DNA from: Octopus sinensis
Taxonomy: Eukaryota
Direction: 5' to 3'
Assembly: GCF_006345805.1 (NCBI RefSeq)
Contig: NC_043017.1
Coordinates: 14,570,001-14,634,000, forward strand
DNA length: 64,000 nucleotides
In this document: one piece after another, positions 1 through 14,312 of the stretch
Layout: each line of letters begins with the position of its first letter
How positions within the stretch are numbered: position 1 is the first letter of the stretch
The notes under the pieces: generated by a model
The model's input: the letters and a program-made list of their open reading frames with translations, nothing else
Told to the model about the DNA's origin: nothing
Database searches by the model: none
Made by a program: the position numbers and the translations under genes

Positions 1-379
1 GAGGGTGTGAAGCAAGTTTCTCAACTACACAGCAGCCTTGCCAAAGCATATTAATCTTGGTTGATACTAATAGCAGCCAAACCTCTTTCAAATCTTGCTT
101 TGCTATCTTTAAAATGAAGGACAGAGTGGAGACAACATAGATTCAAGTGGAATATTTTGTGTTGTTGAGAATGTGTCTATCTGATTAATGCTGGTGCCAC
201 AAGAAAATGTTGCCAGAATCTTTTGTAAAGTAGTCAGTGTTAAGAAGGACATTCTACCATAAAAGTCAACCAAGAATGAAATGTAAGTGTAACCTGTTGC
301 GGAAGGCAGTAAATCAAGATCAGCCTTGAGCTGTTAGTGACTTGCTTGACCAATGCTAGCAGGAGGGGCAGATAGATCA

Positions 380-845
380 TCATCATCATCATCGTCATCA
401 TCGTTTAACATTCGCTTTCTATGCTAGCATGGGTTGGACGATTTGACTGAGGTCTGGTGAACCAGATGCCTGCACCAGACTCCAATCTGATCTGGCAGAG
501 TTTCTACGGCTGGATGCCCTTCCTAACGCCAACCACTCTGAGAGTGTAGTGGATGCTTTTACATGCCGCTGGCACGAGGGCCAGTCAGGCGGTACTGGCA
601 ATGGCCACTCTCAAGTAGTGCTTTTTATGTGTCACCTGCACAGAAGTCAGTCCAGCGGCACTGGCACCGACCTCGCTCCAATGTTTTATCACGTGCCACC
701 AGCACAAGTGCTAGTAAGGCGACGCAGGTAATGATCACACTCGAATGGTGTGCTTAACATGTGCCATCGGCATGATGGCCAGCTTGTTGCTCTGGCAATG
801 ATCATGCTCGTATGGTACTCTTAGCACAGATGCCAGTCATCGAAT
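380..845 (-). mobile_element. RTE-family LINE 3' UTR fragment with (GAT)n tail and ~60-bp internal subrepeats
   Basis: (CAT)n run, then GGATGCCCTTCCTAACGCCAACCAC and repeated GCCAGTCAGGCGGTACTGGCA-type units; same sequence family follows RTE coding sequence at 7.75-9.1, 11.3-12.0 and 20.3-21.0 kb. Confidence 0.75.
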
Positions 846-1314
846 TTGATATGATGATGATGATGATGATGATGATGAAAGGATCAGGGATGGGGTTGTT
901 AAACAAGACAAGGATAGAGTAATTCTATGACCAAAGTTCCAAAGGAATCACAGCAAGAGATTCCAACGGTTTTCTTCTAACAGTAATGGCTGGCAGTTGC
1001 TCAAATGGCATCATAGCCAAATCTCCCTCAAGTTACACTGTACTACCTTAAAAACTGAGTAGATACATGTTGTCTATGATACTTTATCGAAAAGGCTGGA
1101 TAGTCATAGTTGGATTGCCTTTAATTATGGGTCTGTTGTAGCTAAACCAAAACAACAAGTATAAAAAAAAACACCCAAAATATTTTCTATATTTCTTTTT
1201 GGATTTTGTCTCTTTTTGGTCTGTTTCAGTTCCTGGCATTGATTGAGGAGGCTGTAAAACTGATTAACTTGCTTAAGATATTGAGTAAGAGAGAGAGGGA
1301 GAGAGAGAGAGGGT

Positions 1315-1346
<32 letters not shown>

Positions 1347-1470
1347 GAGAGAGAGAGGGAGAGAGAGAGGAGAGGGAGAGAGAGAGAGGGAGAGAGAGAG
1401 GGAGAGAGAGATGAGTTGGATCAGAGATTCATCTCTCACTCTCTAAAAGAGAGAGAGAGAGAGAGTGAGA

Positions 1471-1527
<57 letters not shown>

Positions 1528-3204
1528 AAGTGAGAGAGGTGGAAGAGATGGAAGCAAATAATCCAAGATTCCCGAAGATGTATAGTGAACTGTTCCAAAG
1601 CAAGTATAGATTTCTTGGATCAGAGAGAAAGAGGTGGGTGAGAGGGAGAAAGAGAAAATGGAGAGAGGAAGAGGGGCAGTAAGAGAGAGAAGTTGTAGTA
1701 CTTTAGTTAGTGAGGAGAGTAAGAAAGCAATAAGAGGGAGCAGAGAGAGAGAGAGAGAGAGAGGGGGAAAGAGAGAGTGATTGCATGCTGGTGTTCTAAC
1801 AGCTTATTAACATACATGACGTCATTTGAATCTATTTTTAGACTTCCATTCTCAGTTGTTGAAGGAAACATACCCCCTCCTCCTCCTCCTCCTCCTCCCC
1901 TACAACTTGGGTTGTTTTACAGAAATAACAACAAATTCTGACCTAAAAATCATCCATTGAACCAATGCGGGGAATTAAAAGACACAGACTTAATAATAAT
2001 AATAATGATAATAATAATAATAACAATAAAATGAATAAAAAAAAAAATAATAATAATTATAGATATTAATATGAGGTTGACAACAACAATAGCATCAATA
2101 ATAGTAATATATTCACACACTTCAGTTTCACACACAAAATCCAACAATGTAAATCACACACACACACACACACGCACAAAATGTGTGTGTGTGCATATAT
2201 ATATATTGTGTGTGTATTTATATATATGAATGTATGTATATAGGTGAGGGTTAATACAAATATGAGTCATTTGACCTGCTAGAAACAGCAGTCTAATCTC
2301 TCAAATCGCATATATCATCTTTAAGAAAAAGGAAAACACATTCTGTAGTAATAAAGACAGTCATAAAGACGGGATGGTCATGGATGGAACGTGTTTAACC
2401 ATTGGCATGCTTTACACCTCCTGATATGGACATCAGCTCTTTGTATAAGGACAATAATAATAATAATGGTTCTAAATTTTGTCAGAAGGCCAGCAAGCTT
2501 GTGGGTGGGCTAAGCCGATTACATGAACCCCAGTATTCTACTGGTATTTATTTCATTGAAAGGCAGAGTTGACCTTTGCTAGAATTTGAACTCAGAATAC
2601 AAAGGTGTGCAAAATGCTGCCAAACCTTTTGTCTAGTTTGCCCGCTGCCTTAATAACAATGATGATGATGACAATAATGATTTTTTTTTATTTGCCACTA
2701 GAGCATGGATGAGGGGGACATCAAAAGCGATGATGTGTGTCTGTGTGGATTTACATAAAAGACAAGGAGAAGGAAATGAAAAAGGCAATGAAATGTGTGA
2801 TAAAAAATATATTTTGTGTGATAACACGAATGACACAATCCTTCTGATGCACGAAAAACTCCAGCTGGGGCCAATCAAGGAACCCCACAGATCCAGAATT
2901 ACCCTAACCACCAAAGGCATGCTTTGAGTAGGGCCATTCACCATTTAATCCTCAGTCCCCCATCTTTTCACAAATTCACTGGGAGGTAGACCTTCTGAGA
3001 TGATTAAATCAACTCCAATATTTGACTGGTTCTTTATTCTATTGACCCAGGGCGGGTGAAAAACAAAGTTACCCTTGGTGGGATTAGAACCTACAACATA
3101 AAGAACAGGAATAAATACTACAAGGTATTTTGTTTTACACTGAAACAATTCTGATGATCCATCATCTTTAAAAAATGATGATAATAATTTTTACCATATT
3201 TTTT

Positions 3205-3580
3205 TTCTTTTACTTGTTTCAGTCATTTAACTGTGGCCATGCTGGAGCACCATCTTTAGTCAAGCAAATCGACCTCAGGACTATATATTTTGCAACCTAG
3301 TACTTATTCTATTGGTCTCTTTTGCCGAACCGCTAAGTTACGGGGATGTAAGCACACTAGCATCAGTTGTCAAGCGATGTTGAGGAGACAAACACACACA
3401 CACACACACATATATACGACGGGCTTCTTTCAGTTTCCGTCTGCCAAATCCACTCACAAGGCTTTGGTTGGCCTGAGGCTATAGTAGAAGACACTTGCCC
3501 AAGGTGCCACACAGTGGGAATGAACCCAGAACCATGTGGCTGGTAAGCAAGCTACTTACCACACAGCCACTCCTGTGCCT
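3205..3580 (-). mobile_element. tRNA-derived SINE, family A (CORE-like centre; resembles octopus OR2-type SINEs)
   Basis: Reverse complement of the copies at 12101 and 37711; tRNA-like head with A/B-box-like motifs, GGCACCTTGGGCAAGTGTCTT centre, internal (CA)n. Confidence 0.85.
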
Positions 3581-3849
3581 ATATGTACAAGAATTCAAAT
3601 ACTTGACTGGTTTTTTTTATTCTCTGGAACCCCAGAAAGATGAAAGGCAAGGCTCACCTCAGCATCATTTGATTTCAAGCCATTGAAAGACACTTTGTGA
3701 GATTTTCCAGATGCTCTGCTATTTCTAAGCCTTTCTCATTTTTGACCAAATGTCTACATTTACAGCCCCAACTTGACCAAGACATTCTGACTTTGCTGGA
3801 AACATTAGGGATAGAGTGTGTGTATGTGTGTGCGTGTGTGGCTTTTTCT

Positions 3850-4400
3850 GATGTATAGCTGTCAGGTGAGATCGTGGAGGCAGGTGTGCACCATTGCAGT
3901 GCATTGCTGCATTCACCATTTTTTGGTATATTCCTGGATCTTCCTGGTTGACCCATTGGACAGAGTCCCAGTTAGTTCCTATTTCCACTAGATACCTCTT
4001 TGTCCACTATGTGACACATGGCTGACCAACATGAGCTCTCAACCCAACCAGATCCTCAGTGAAGAGAACCCAATAAGCAGGGCTTTTGAGCAATATGGCT
4101 GAAGTTTGAGCTGGTTCTCCTGAATCATACAAGTAAAAGGATGCATCTCAATTTCTGAGCAGAATTGTTGGTTGGATACCATCCAACCAATGGCAGCCCA
4201 TAATCCTGTGAAGTGTCCTGGTATCAAAGTAGTTCAGGTGATCCCTAAGGGTTCCGGACAGTGTTCAAGTCACTCAACAGAGCAAGACAGAGAAGGCCAG
4301 AGACTTAAAGACCAATGAGATGCTGTACAGCAGTGAGAGATATAAACATGGTGGGTGAGGATTGAAAGAACTGATGCTGTACAGGCCAATCCCTTGAAAT
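3850..4400 (-). mobile_element. Decayed RTE/RTEX-like LINE 3' coding fragment
   Basis: Broken minus-strand frames give HIAQKP...GW and EIGTNWDSVQWVNQEDPGIYQKMVNAAMHC, resembling RTE-type C-terminal regions; many stops. Confidence 0.45.
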
Positions 4401-4800
4401 AGTTATTCTCCATTGTGTTACAAACACTCCCTCGTCAATCTTGCAAACAGAAATACAGTGAACCAGTAACTGATCCGCTGCTGAAAACTATCGATCCCCA
4501 AATCATGATATAAAATGCAAATAAATATATTTAATCTTGCAATACTAATGCCATGTAACAAACACTGAAGCAACTTTGACACAAACATAGAAGTGACTTA
4601 AATGTCAGAGTTTTGTAATCTTTGTCTTCCTACATAGAAGACTTAAAAACACATTTCAGAGTTTTCTGTTTCATGGCTTTAACACAAGATTTTTTTGTCA
4701 CATAATTTAACAGTCTTCATAATTTACTTATAAGTGTAATATCAGTGGTTTTAAATACAATTTCATAATAATAGTCAGTGCAAGAGAAGTTGTTGTTATT

Positions 4801-4836
<36 letters not shown>

Positions 4837-5164
4837 AATAGTTGTGAGGGTGGCAAACTATAAAATAAGTACCAGTTGAATACTGGGGTTGATGTAACCT
4901 ACTCATGCCCACCTCCCACAAGCTGTCCTCCTGGCAAAAATTTGAAATAATTATTATTAATCGTTGTAGCATGGGTGCATGCACCACAACAGAGTGTTAC
5001 TGCATCCATTATTGTTATTGATTCCCAACTATTCCTGGCAGCTGACACTCTTGCACCACTCAGGTGACAACCCTACAACCCATGGGTCTGTTTTGGTAGT
5101 CTTTGTTGGTGAAGGTTTTTTTTGAGATCAGAGGGCAAATCCTACCTCCACCATTTTTCAGTGA

Positions 5165-6535
5165 CCTATTATGACATGAAAAATTCGTCCCCGGTTATTT
5201 TGTCATCAGTTAATTTGTTCCTGGTCAATTCATCCTCAGCTCAATTCATCCTCAGCTCAATTCCCCGTTGGCCAATTTGTCTCAAAATACTCTTAAATGT
5301 GATTTTCAAGGGAAAGTTTAGAACAATCACTTTAGAATAAAAATTGTCATTGGACAGTTTTAAATATTTTTTTCCTTTTCTTTAGCCCTCCCCTCTCTCT
5401 CAACTATGATGCCACCCCACTTACAAATGTTGGGTTTTCCATTCCGAGTGAACACTCCTACCTTGACAATGAGGAAATGTTTTTACAGTATGGGGTGGAA
5501 GATTCAAAACGAACCCTAATATTTGCAATTGACAAAGAACCAGGCGACTTAGGGAACATTTAAGGGCTGCTCCAGTATATTTTTCCAGCTATACTTGACA
5601 TTCAAATTGATAATTTTAATGCCTCCCAATTTTTTGTTTGCATTACTCTTCTTCTGATGAAAGTCAAGACGCATAGAGTAGACTTCTTGCCAAAAGAAAT
5701 GAATTACTGCAGAATGAGAGACTGGATAATAGAATTATGGATTTCGAAAAAGCAGCTTATAATGGATTTCTGGAATCATTTTCTGGGTCGAATTTGGCTT
5801 GTTTTGTTTAGAACAAAATGTGCAAGAAGGATTAAAATGTTGATATCACAAAGATGACAGTTTTAGCCTAAAAATGTGGTGTTTTTTTGTGCTTGTTTTC
5901 CTGCTGGTTGATGATGTTGTAGATGAATATGAACAACTTGTAGATGATGATGATATTCCACAATCAATTGTATCCTATTTTGAAAATGATTATATAGGAC
6001 CACCTAAAAGAAGAGGAAAGAGGAGGTGATGCCTTAAACCTTCATTTCCATTACTTATATGGAATGTTTGGGATCGATGTAAGACGGGGATTGTTTAGAA
6101 GCCTGCCACAGCTGCTGTAAAATATTAGTCATCCAAATATTTGGGAACTTATTGATGTGATTAAATGTGAGGAAAGGTTTGCCAGGACCAAATTGCAGAA
6201 GTTTATGGAAGGAGAAGAACCAAACCAAAAGAAAAAATACAGAGATATGAACCTGCGAATAAAAAATGTCATGGAAAAATATGATCCAAACCCAAAAATT
6301 ATTTTTCTAAAAGTAATTGCTCACAATCTTAAATTTGAAGGGAAAAATAAATATGGAATGCAGCAAATCTTAAATTAAATGTTTTTTTAATTCAGATATT
6401 TGTTCTATTTTTCCTATGATCTTGACAAATTGACTGACGACAAATCGACCTGGGAATGAATTGACCAACGATGAATTGATTTGGGACAAATTAAACAATG
6501 ACAAATTGCTGTCAACGAATTGACTGGAGACTGTC
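5165..6535 (+). mobile_element. Mutator-like (MULE) DNA transposon relic with subrepeat-built TIRs
   Basis: Plus-strand remnants MDFEKAAYNGFLESFSGSNLACF, IPQSIVSYFENDYIGPPKRRGKRR, PSFPLLIWNV, HPNIWELIDVIKCEE match MULE transposase motifs; ends (5170-5285, 6420-6530) are inverted arrays of ~15-bp TCAATT/AATTGA units; stops and frameshifts. Confidence 0.8.
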
Positions 6536-7749
6536 ACTATACTGATGAATGTATAATGATACCTGAAACATCATCATCCAGTTGATGCCTCTTTTCCTAT
6601 CCATGGTGAGATTGTATAAACAGGGTTGTCTTATGTAATGAATGAGTTTAATGAATTTGTTAAAGCAGTGAAGGCTTACTATGGGGTATAATAGCCAGAT
6701 ACATTCCCATAGTAAAACTTAGTACGTTTGTTTTAGTTTAGCCATGAGTTAGTCAGAAGAAAAGAGGTGCTGGGAAGTTTACCCTAGAGCAAAGGTCTGA
6801 CCTGAGTGTGGATTCAACTAAAAATACCCAAGAAATGGGTGGGGACCCACAACTGACCCTGGGTCTATGATACAGACTTCCTGCTTTAAACTGATCTAAA
6901 TTAAAAACTTAATGCCAATATTTCATTTATGTTCCAGACACTGACTTGAATATGACATTTATTTTTCTAAATTCTTCATTATTTTCCGGATTAATTGAAA
7001 TAAAGATGATGTATTTCATTAGGAATATGGTAACAAGAGAGTTAAGTCTGCAAGTGGAATGCTAGTTCTTCTGACACATTTCCACACAGTCTCCATGTAC
7101 CAAATTCCACTCACAAAATAGTTAATCCCCCACTATGTAGTATCATATACAAAATACACATTGTAGATTGAAATAGATGTTTCTTAGTTGAGAAGAAAAC
7201 TTAATAACAAAACAAGCATGCCTGTCCTCACAACTCACACAAAAATGCCACAAAGAATTGCAAAATCAGCAACAAATACATTCAGGTGATTCCACCAAAG
7301 ACCAAATTTCAATAAAAAGAAAATCTGAAACAGTAAAGTCAGTTTTCTGTTATGGTAGAAAGTTGGTTGTATTATTTCATGAGCAGAAGAAATTGCCAAT
7401 ATTTAGATAGAGTCTCCACTCAAAGACACATTAGTGTGATATTGATTTTGAGAGAAATGGGTAGGAAGTGGTCCAAAACTGAGGTTTTATGACTCCAAAA
7501 CTGAAGTAGATCAGGAAATGGAAATTGTTCAATATTACAACTAAATATGCACATTAAGACTTCACAGGAGACGAACAGAAAATTTTTGTGTGTATGTGTA
7601 GGTTAGAGAACTATACACACACACACACACATAGAAAGTTGTGTGTGTGTGTGTGTGTGTGAAGGATAGAGAATTATATAGATAAATATATACACAAATA
7701 TACATTCATTAGAATATCAAAAGTGTTAACAAAATGTGTATGTATACAT

Positions 7750-9110
7750 GTTTCATCATCATCATTGTCGTTTAACGTCTGCTTTCCATGCTGGCATGAG
7801 TTGGACGGTTTGACTGATGGCTGGCGAGCCAGAAGGCTGCACCAGGCTCCAATCTGATCTGGCAGAGTTTCTACAGCTGGATGCCATCCTAATGCCAACC
7901 ACTCCAAGAGTGTAGTGGGTGCTTTTTATGTACTACCAGCAGGAGGGCCAGTCAGGCGGTACTGGCAACGGCCACGCTCCAATGGTGTTTTTTACATGCC
8001 ACCAGCACAGGAGCCAGTCAGGTGACACTGGCAATGATCACACTCGAATGGTGTGTTTTACATGCCACTGGCATGGGAGCCAGTCAGGCGGCACTGGCAA
8101 TGATCACACTTGAATGGTGCTTTTAAGTGCCACTAGTACAGATGCCAATCAGGCGGTACTGTCATCGGCCTCGACAGCAATGTTACTTGCCTCAACAGGT
8201 CTTCACAAGTGCATTTTATTGCCCAGTGATTGAAGGGTCTTCTCAGATGGGCTGGTTATACTGCACTGGCATAGGTCTTCTCAAGCACAGTATATCTCCA
8301 AAGGTCTCAGTCACTAGTCATCATCTTGGTGAAGCCCAATGTTCGAAGGTCGTGCTTCACCGCCTCATCCCAGGTTTACCTCTTCCACAGGCTCCCTCAA
8401 CTGCTAGGGTGTGACACATTTTCACACAGCTGTCCTCATCCATTCATAGCACATGACCATACCAGTGCAGTCGTCTCTCTTGCATACCACATCTGATACT
8501 TCTTAAGTCCAACTTTACTCTCAGGGTACTTACACTCTGTCGAGTATGCACACTGACATTACACATCTAGCAGAGCATACTGGCTTCATTCTTTGCAAGC
8601 TTACACATGTCCTCAGCAGTCACAGCCCATGTTTCATTGCCATGTAGCATGGCTGTTTGTACACATGCATCATACAGTCTACCTTTCGCTCTAAGTGAGA
8701 GGCTGTTTGTCACCAGGAGAGGTAGGAGCTCTCTGAACTTTGCCTAGGCTATTCTTATTCTTCCAGCTACACTTTCAGAGCATCCATTCCCACTACTGAC
8801 TTGGTCACCTAGGTAATGGAAGCTATCAACTACTTCTAGTTTTTCCCCCTGGAATGTGACAGAAGCTGTTTTCAGTGTTTATTGCCCCTGAGCATTTGCC
8901 ACACACAAAAACTATCTTCCCAGTTAGCCTTCCTTTAATATTGCTACATCTCTTATGTGTTCATAGCTTACACTGGGTACATCGTATGGAGTTTCTACCT
9001 ACGCCTTTTCTACAGATCGGACCTGAAGGGATTTGTGGTTTGTCTGCCTTCCTACTTATTAAGACTTTGGTTTTTCATAGAATTCAAGCTGTAATTAGTG
9101 TCAAAGACAG
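7750..9110 (-). mobile_element. 5'-truncated RTE LINE (RT C-terminus plus 3' UTR)
   Basis: Minus strand reads IRCGMQERRLHWYGHVL*MDEDSCVKMCHTLAVEGACGRG; followed by subrepeat UTR and (GAT)n tail at ~7755. Confidence 0.85.
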
Positions 9111-9176
9111 TCCTACCCTATATTAAAATAAATTTGTTTGAAATTTTAAGGTTTTTCCATTATTTTGTCCAACCCT

Positions 9177-9211
<35 letters not shown>

Positions 9212-9213
<2 letters not shown>

Positions 9214-9414
9214 ATGGTATTTTTTAATAAGCTTTCAGCTTATGGCGATATCCGTGCAATGAGTAAGGAAAATAGTCTAATAAAGGGGCATAGAAGCCCT
9301 CGACAAAAAAAAGTAGGCTTTCTGAGGGCTTACATGCCTCATTATTAGACTATTTTCCTTACTCATTTGCAAGGTGGTCAATATAAGCTTTAAGCTTATT
9401 AAAAAATACCATTA
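9212..9414. repeat. Foldback/MITE-like inverted repeat
   Basis: TAATGGTATTTTTTAATAAGCT...AATGAGTAAGGAAAATAGTCTAATAA mirrored by TTATTAGACTATTTTCCTTACTCATT...AGCTTATTAAAAAATACCATTA; ~90-bp imperfect arms. Confidence 0.75.
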
Positions 9415-9477
9415 TTATTATTATTATTATTATTTACAGAATTATAAAACTCGGCACTGTTTAACAAAACCATTTGC

Positions 9478-9512
<35 letters not shown>

Positions 9513-9515
9513 AAC

Positions 9516-9548
<33 letters not shown>

Positions 9549-9891
9549 TAGTGAAACTATTAAAAGTGAAACTATTATAAGTGAAACAATATAGAAGTAA
9601 AACTATTTATAACTGTTACTCCGTGGAAGATTGTGTGGTTAGAATTAAAAGTAAAAGTATAAAAGTAAAACAATATATCCCATTACAATATACATGTTAT
9701 TGTTTCACTTTTATTCTTCGAGTGTTGACGCGTAATACGGAACCAGTGCCAATGTTGCATTGTTTTAATCCAAAAGAATTACATGCTGACACTCACAGGG
9801 TCTCATAGTATTACCATGTCAAATTTGAGTTGATTTGGTTTAGCCATTTGAGAATGCATTGGGAACAGAGAGACAAGGGATTTTATATATA

Positions 9892-9965
<74 letters not shown>

Positions 9966-10002
9966 ATATATATATGTATATATATATATGTATATATAAT
10001 TA

Positions 10003-10404
10003 TATATTAAATTAGAGACAAAACCACTATTAGGCAAGTCAAACAGTGAAAAATATAAACCAAAACATAGAAATAAAATTAATTAATATAATATACAAAA
10101 TATATAAAATATAAAATTCAAAATTTAAATTATTTAAATTTAAAGTTAAAATTAAAAAATTTTTAAATTATTAATATATACTTATAAATTTATATATATA
10201 TATATATTTTATTATTTTAATTTTTATTGTTTTTTTAATTTTTTAATTTTTTTATTTTCAAATATTATATAATTATTTGATTTGAAATTAAATTTAATAA
10301 TATGGATAGTGATTTTTTTTGTTAAATATTTAGGTAATTAGATATAGACTATAACTGAGATTAGATTATTTGCCTTATAGTGGCTTTGTCTCTAATTTAA
10401 TATA
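10003..10404. mobile_element. AT-rich MITE in (TA)n with ~35-bp TIRs
   Basis: TATATTAAATTAGAGACAAAACCACTATTAGGCAA vs TTGCCTTATAGTGGCTTTGTCTCTAATTTAATATA. Confidence 0.7.
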
Positions 10405-10481
10405 TAAATATATATATTTATACTGTAAAATTAGATTTAATTCTAAATCTAATTTTCCCCTGTAAGTTTGGATTTACTCCC

Positions 10482-10581
<100 letters not shown>

Positions 10582-11289
10582 ATATATACACATATATTTA
10601 GGGTTTAGGTTTTAGAGTTTTGTCTTGGGGTGAGGGTCGTAAATCACTTCCTTGTTTCAGTGGGTGAGGTTGAAATTTGATATTGTTGTGATGAGTGGTC
10701 AGTCTACATCTATCCATCACTACAGGTTTATAGCTTTAAGTTTATAGTGTGTGTGTGTGCGCATATACACACATACATACATACATACATACATACATGC
10801 ATACACACATACATACACACAGGCATAAGTATGTAAATACATACATACATGCATGCATACATGCATGCATACATGCATGCATACATACATACACACATAC
10901 ATACGTACATGTATATAACGAACTAACTGTTACTTTCTCAGATGCAGCACGGATTTTTGTCAGTGAACAGGTCGCGGTCTTAAAGCGACGAAAATATTTT
11001 GACAAATTAAACTTAAATTTTGAAGTGAATCGAACGGCTTTTGTGTGTTTCTCGAATGGCTTACAAACACCTTCCACGCTGCAATTGTTTTCGTTTCAGC
11101 ACACGATCTCAGATCAAATCACTTGCTATGCAAGTACATCTCCGTAATATATGTATATATATATGCATAAACATATTTACAGGAACCCACACATACACAC
11201 ACACATATATATACCTACACACATATATATATACACACACATACAAATATATACATACATATATAAATATGGATGTATATATGTATACG

Positions 11290-11997
11290 TTGGACATAAG
11301 AAGCATCAGATGTTGTGTGCAAGAGAGACGACTTTGCTGGTATGGTTATGCGTATGGATGAGGACAGCTGAGTGAAGAAGTGTCACACCCTAACTGTGGA
11401 GGGAACCTGAGGAAGAGGTAGACCCAGGAAGACATGGTAAGAAGTGGGGAAGCATGTTCTTTGAATGTTAGGCCTCACAGAGGCAATGACAATCAACCAA
11501 GACCTTTAGAAATGTGCCATGTTTGAGAGGACCCATCAAGCCAAGTGAGATCGTAGTTGTGGCCAATGCCAGTGTCACCTGACTCACCAATTAAAAGCAC
11601 ACTTCAATCGTTGTATAATATGCTGTCCTGTTGAAGACTTGAGTGAAATCGTAGTCATGTCTGATGCCAGTGCTGTCTGAATAGCACATAAAAAGCACTA
11701 TTTGAGTGTTGGGCCTCATGGACGCAGTGACAGGGGACCAGAGCCCTTGGCAATATGTCATGTTTGTGTTGATCTGTCAAATCAAGTGAGATCATAGTTG
11801 TGTCTGATGCTGGTGTCAGGTTAATAGGACCCATGCCAGTGGCACATAAAAAGCACCTACTACACTCTCAGAATGGTTAGCATTAGGAAGAGCATCCAGC
11901 TGTAGAAACCTTGCTAAATCAGATTGGAACATGATGCAGCCCCCCAGCTTACCAATTTTCAGTCAAAAAGTGAATGTTAAACGATGATGATGATGAT
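11290..11997 (+). mobile_element. 5'-truncated RTE LINE 3' end
   Basis: LDIRSIRCCVQERRLCWYG, then GRGRPRKTW-like segment, subrepeat UTR and (GAT)n tail. Confidence 0.85.
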
Positions 11998-12025
11998 ATA
12001 TACATATACATACATATATACATCC

Positions 12026-12100
<75 letters not shown>

Positions 12101-12104
<4 letters not shown>

Positions 12105-12490
12105 ACAGGAGTGGCAGTGTAGTAGACAGCTTGTTTACCAACCACACGGTTCCAAGTTCAGTTCCACTGTGTGGCACCTTGGGCAAGTGTCTTCTACTAT
12201 AGCCTTCGGCCAACCAAAGCCTTGTGAGTGGATTTGGCAGACAGAAACTGAAAGAAACCCATCGTATATATATATATGTATGTATGTGTTTGTGTGTCTG
12301 TGTTTGTCCCCTCAACATCGCTTGACAACTGATGGTGGTGTGTTTACGTCCCTGTAACTTAGCGGTTTGGCAAAAGAGCCCGATAGAATAAGTACTAGGC
12401 TTACAAAGAATAAGTCCTGGGGTCGATTTGCTTGACTAAAGGTGGTGCTCCAGCATGGCCACAGTCAAATGACTGAAACAAATAAAAGAA
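12101..12490 (+). mobile_element. tRNA-derived SINE, family A
   Basis: Full-length match to 37711-38117 copy; GTTCAGTTCC B-box-like motif, CORE-like centre, tail ending ATGACTGAAACAAATAAAAG. Confidence 0.85.
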
Positions 12491-12537
12491 TAAAATAATA
12501 TATATCTATATATATATATATATGTATATATATATAG

Positions 12538-12570
<33 letters not shown>

Positions 12571-12767
12571 TATAGCCCCATTATATATATATTTCCCTGT
12601 TTCTTTCTGTGTTCCTTTTTGTGGAAGAGTGTAGGCTCAAAACGTTTAAGACTTTTTCACTTCCCGAGTGTTAAACTAACACATCTGTTTGTTGTCTACA
12701 CCACCTGTCTTTGTCTTTTGTTTTTTTTTGTGAATTCTTCCTATATGAATATATATGTGTGTCTGTG

Positions 12768-12808
<41 letters not shown>

Positions 12809-12946
12809 TCATATATACATACATTATATACATATGTATGTACATTATACATATACCTATATATATGTGTGTATGAGCATGTATATGTATAATGGTATAT
12901 GTTTTTATTACATATGTGTGTGTGAATGCATGTATGTGTGCTTGTT

Positions 12947-12979
<33 letters not shown>

Positions 12980-14095
12980 TCTGTGTGTTGGCCAGGGTGG
13001 GCTGGTTAGTTTCCAATGAACCAATGACCAGAGAGACTGTGTCCAGCTGCAATGTCAGTTTTGTTGCCCTTTCTAACTCCTACCATTTTACAGAATGTAC
13101 CGGGTGCTTCAGAGATGATGCCAGCTAATTGAGGTCATTAAGTAATTCAAAAGACAGGGACAAAAACCCCTGAATTGAATGGAGATGTTGTAGAGAGCCA
13201 GTTGGGTTTGTGCCAGATGTTGAGAGGCTAAAATATGATAGAGGGACAGGGGCAGATATTTCGCTATATAAAAGATACAAGTCTACCCCTCGTAATATAA
13301 GGCTCGGAGGCAGAAGACAATGATGACGGGGCCCGAAATGTCGGAGAATGCTCTCAGGATACAAGAATTTGAGTCTAAGAGTGAATATGGACAAAGAATT
13401 GGGAAGAGTGAGTGGGTGGATAAATTCATTAGAGTGTGAGAGGAGAAATGTAATGTTGTATCTGTCTCAGTGTTATAGATGTATCACTATTGATTTTTTG
13501 GCATCAAGTTGAACCTTGTGATAATGAATAGACTGGAACCAATGGTTGGTGATGCATACATCACAATCTCACACACACATTGATATATGTATGTGTGTAT
13601 ATGTATGTGTGTATATGTATGTGTGTATATGTATGTGTGTATATGTATGTGTGTATATGTATGTGTGTATATGCTAGTGTTTGCTTACGTTACACTAATT
13701 CCAACACTGACCGACATACTTTACTTTTCTGGAGTTCAATCCAAAAATATTTCGAATCTAAAACTAAAAATGCTTCAGGATTTCTTTCCTCACCAAAGTC
13801 TTCCCCTTTTCTGGTTGATTGGACAGTTTTTCTTTCATTCTTTTGCCCACTCAGGCATCTTCTTCCTTTATGAGTGAGTTGCAGAATATTGCTTTTTATA
13901 GAATTTTGGATGTCTTGGATTACAGATACAAGATTATCAATTGTTTGTGTACATGTCAGTATGTAATGTGTGTTTGTGTGTGTTTATATGTGAGAATGTA
14001 TGTGTGTGTGCATGTGTATACATATATGTGTATGTAAGTGTCTGTATATACATGTGTGTATGTATATATATATATATACACACATATATATATAC

Positions 14096-14127
<32 letters not shown>

Positions 14128-14312
14128 GTACGTATGTGTGTGTATATATATACATGTGTGTGTGTGTGTGTGTGTGTGTTTGCGTGTGTGTGTGCGTAAG
14201 AGATGAATGGAGTTCAAACCTTGTGACAACTGTTTTGCTTGGAATCTTTATTGAATGCAATCCTAGTGCCACATCTTGGATTGCATCAAACCTGTGACTT
14301 CTCAGGCATTGT

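Noticed and set aside
10615-10640. TTAGGG telomere-like repeat
   Set aside because: Only one or two imperfect units.
13716-13940. Open minus-strand frame (IDNLVSVIQDIQ...FWIELQKSK) with donor-like GTATGT
   Set aside because: Poor acceptor, phase incompatible with the candidate exon 2, no recognised homology.
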